NCBI RefSeq assembly: GCF_001194135.2
Contig: NC_068983.1
Location: 134,943,645 to 134,993,738, forward strand
DNA length: 50,094 nt
Origin: Octopus bimaculoides
Lineage: Eukaryota
Reading direction: 5' to 3'
Below the pieces are notes generated by a model. It was not told the DNA's origin. It searched no databases and worked only from the letters and a program-made list of their open reading frames with translations. Of the stretch, positions 49,804 through 50,094 are shown one piece after another. How positions within the stretch are numbered: the first letter of the stretch is position 1; every line of letters starts with the position of its first letter. The translations under genes were made by a program, and so were the position numbers.

Positions 49804-50094
49804 CTGAAATATAGCCAAATATCATTATTACAACAATCATGAAAATTATTTAAAGGAGTTGCTTAATTATGTATATGTGAAAATATTGCTATAAATTAAT
49901 TCTGGGTTAAAATCCTTTGTAAGTGAAATAGGGAGCAAGAAAGATTTCACTTAGAATAAACATACTTGCTGTTTTGTGTATTATTTAATTATTTGCTCAT
50001 ATTATTGCACTAACACCACCAAATGAAACATTCAGATACATATATATGTATGTGTGTGTGTATATATATATCTATATATATAAAAATGAGAATG

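Overview
AT-rich animal genomic DNA from a draft assembly, with 8 N-gaps, each adjoining a microsatellite. The repeat families suggest an octopus/coleoid cephalopod (inference). Reading splice sites and phases by hand gives three gene structures. (1) GPATCH2 on + has 6 coding exons (27544-35371, about 437 aa), and its C-terminal G-patch motif is degenerate. (2) A YeeE/YedE (TsuA-like, Sulf_transp) sulfur-compound transporter on - has 7 intact, phase-matched exons (40220-49803); its 5' end lies outside the window. (3) A long, unidentified, decayed multi-exon gene on - runs from about 39335 to at least 329. Its GT-AG exons are phase-compatible but carry nonsense codons and frameshifts. It passes through the introns and upstream region of GPATCH2, so GPATCH2 appears nested antisense inside a dead host gene. 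The rest is LINE, DNA-transposon, MITE and SINE debris plus microsatellites. Most ORFs in the supplied track are microsatellite/N artefacts or antisense shadows. No database searches were run, so family assignments rest on remembered motifs.
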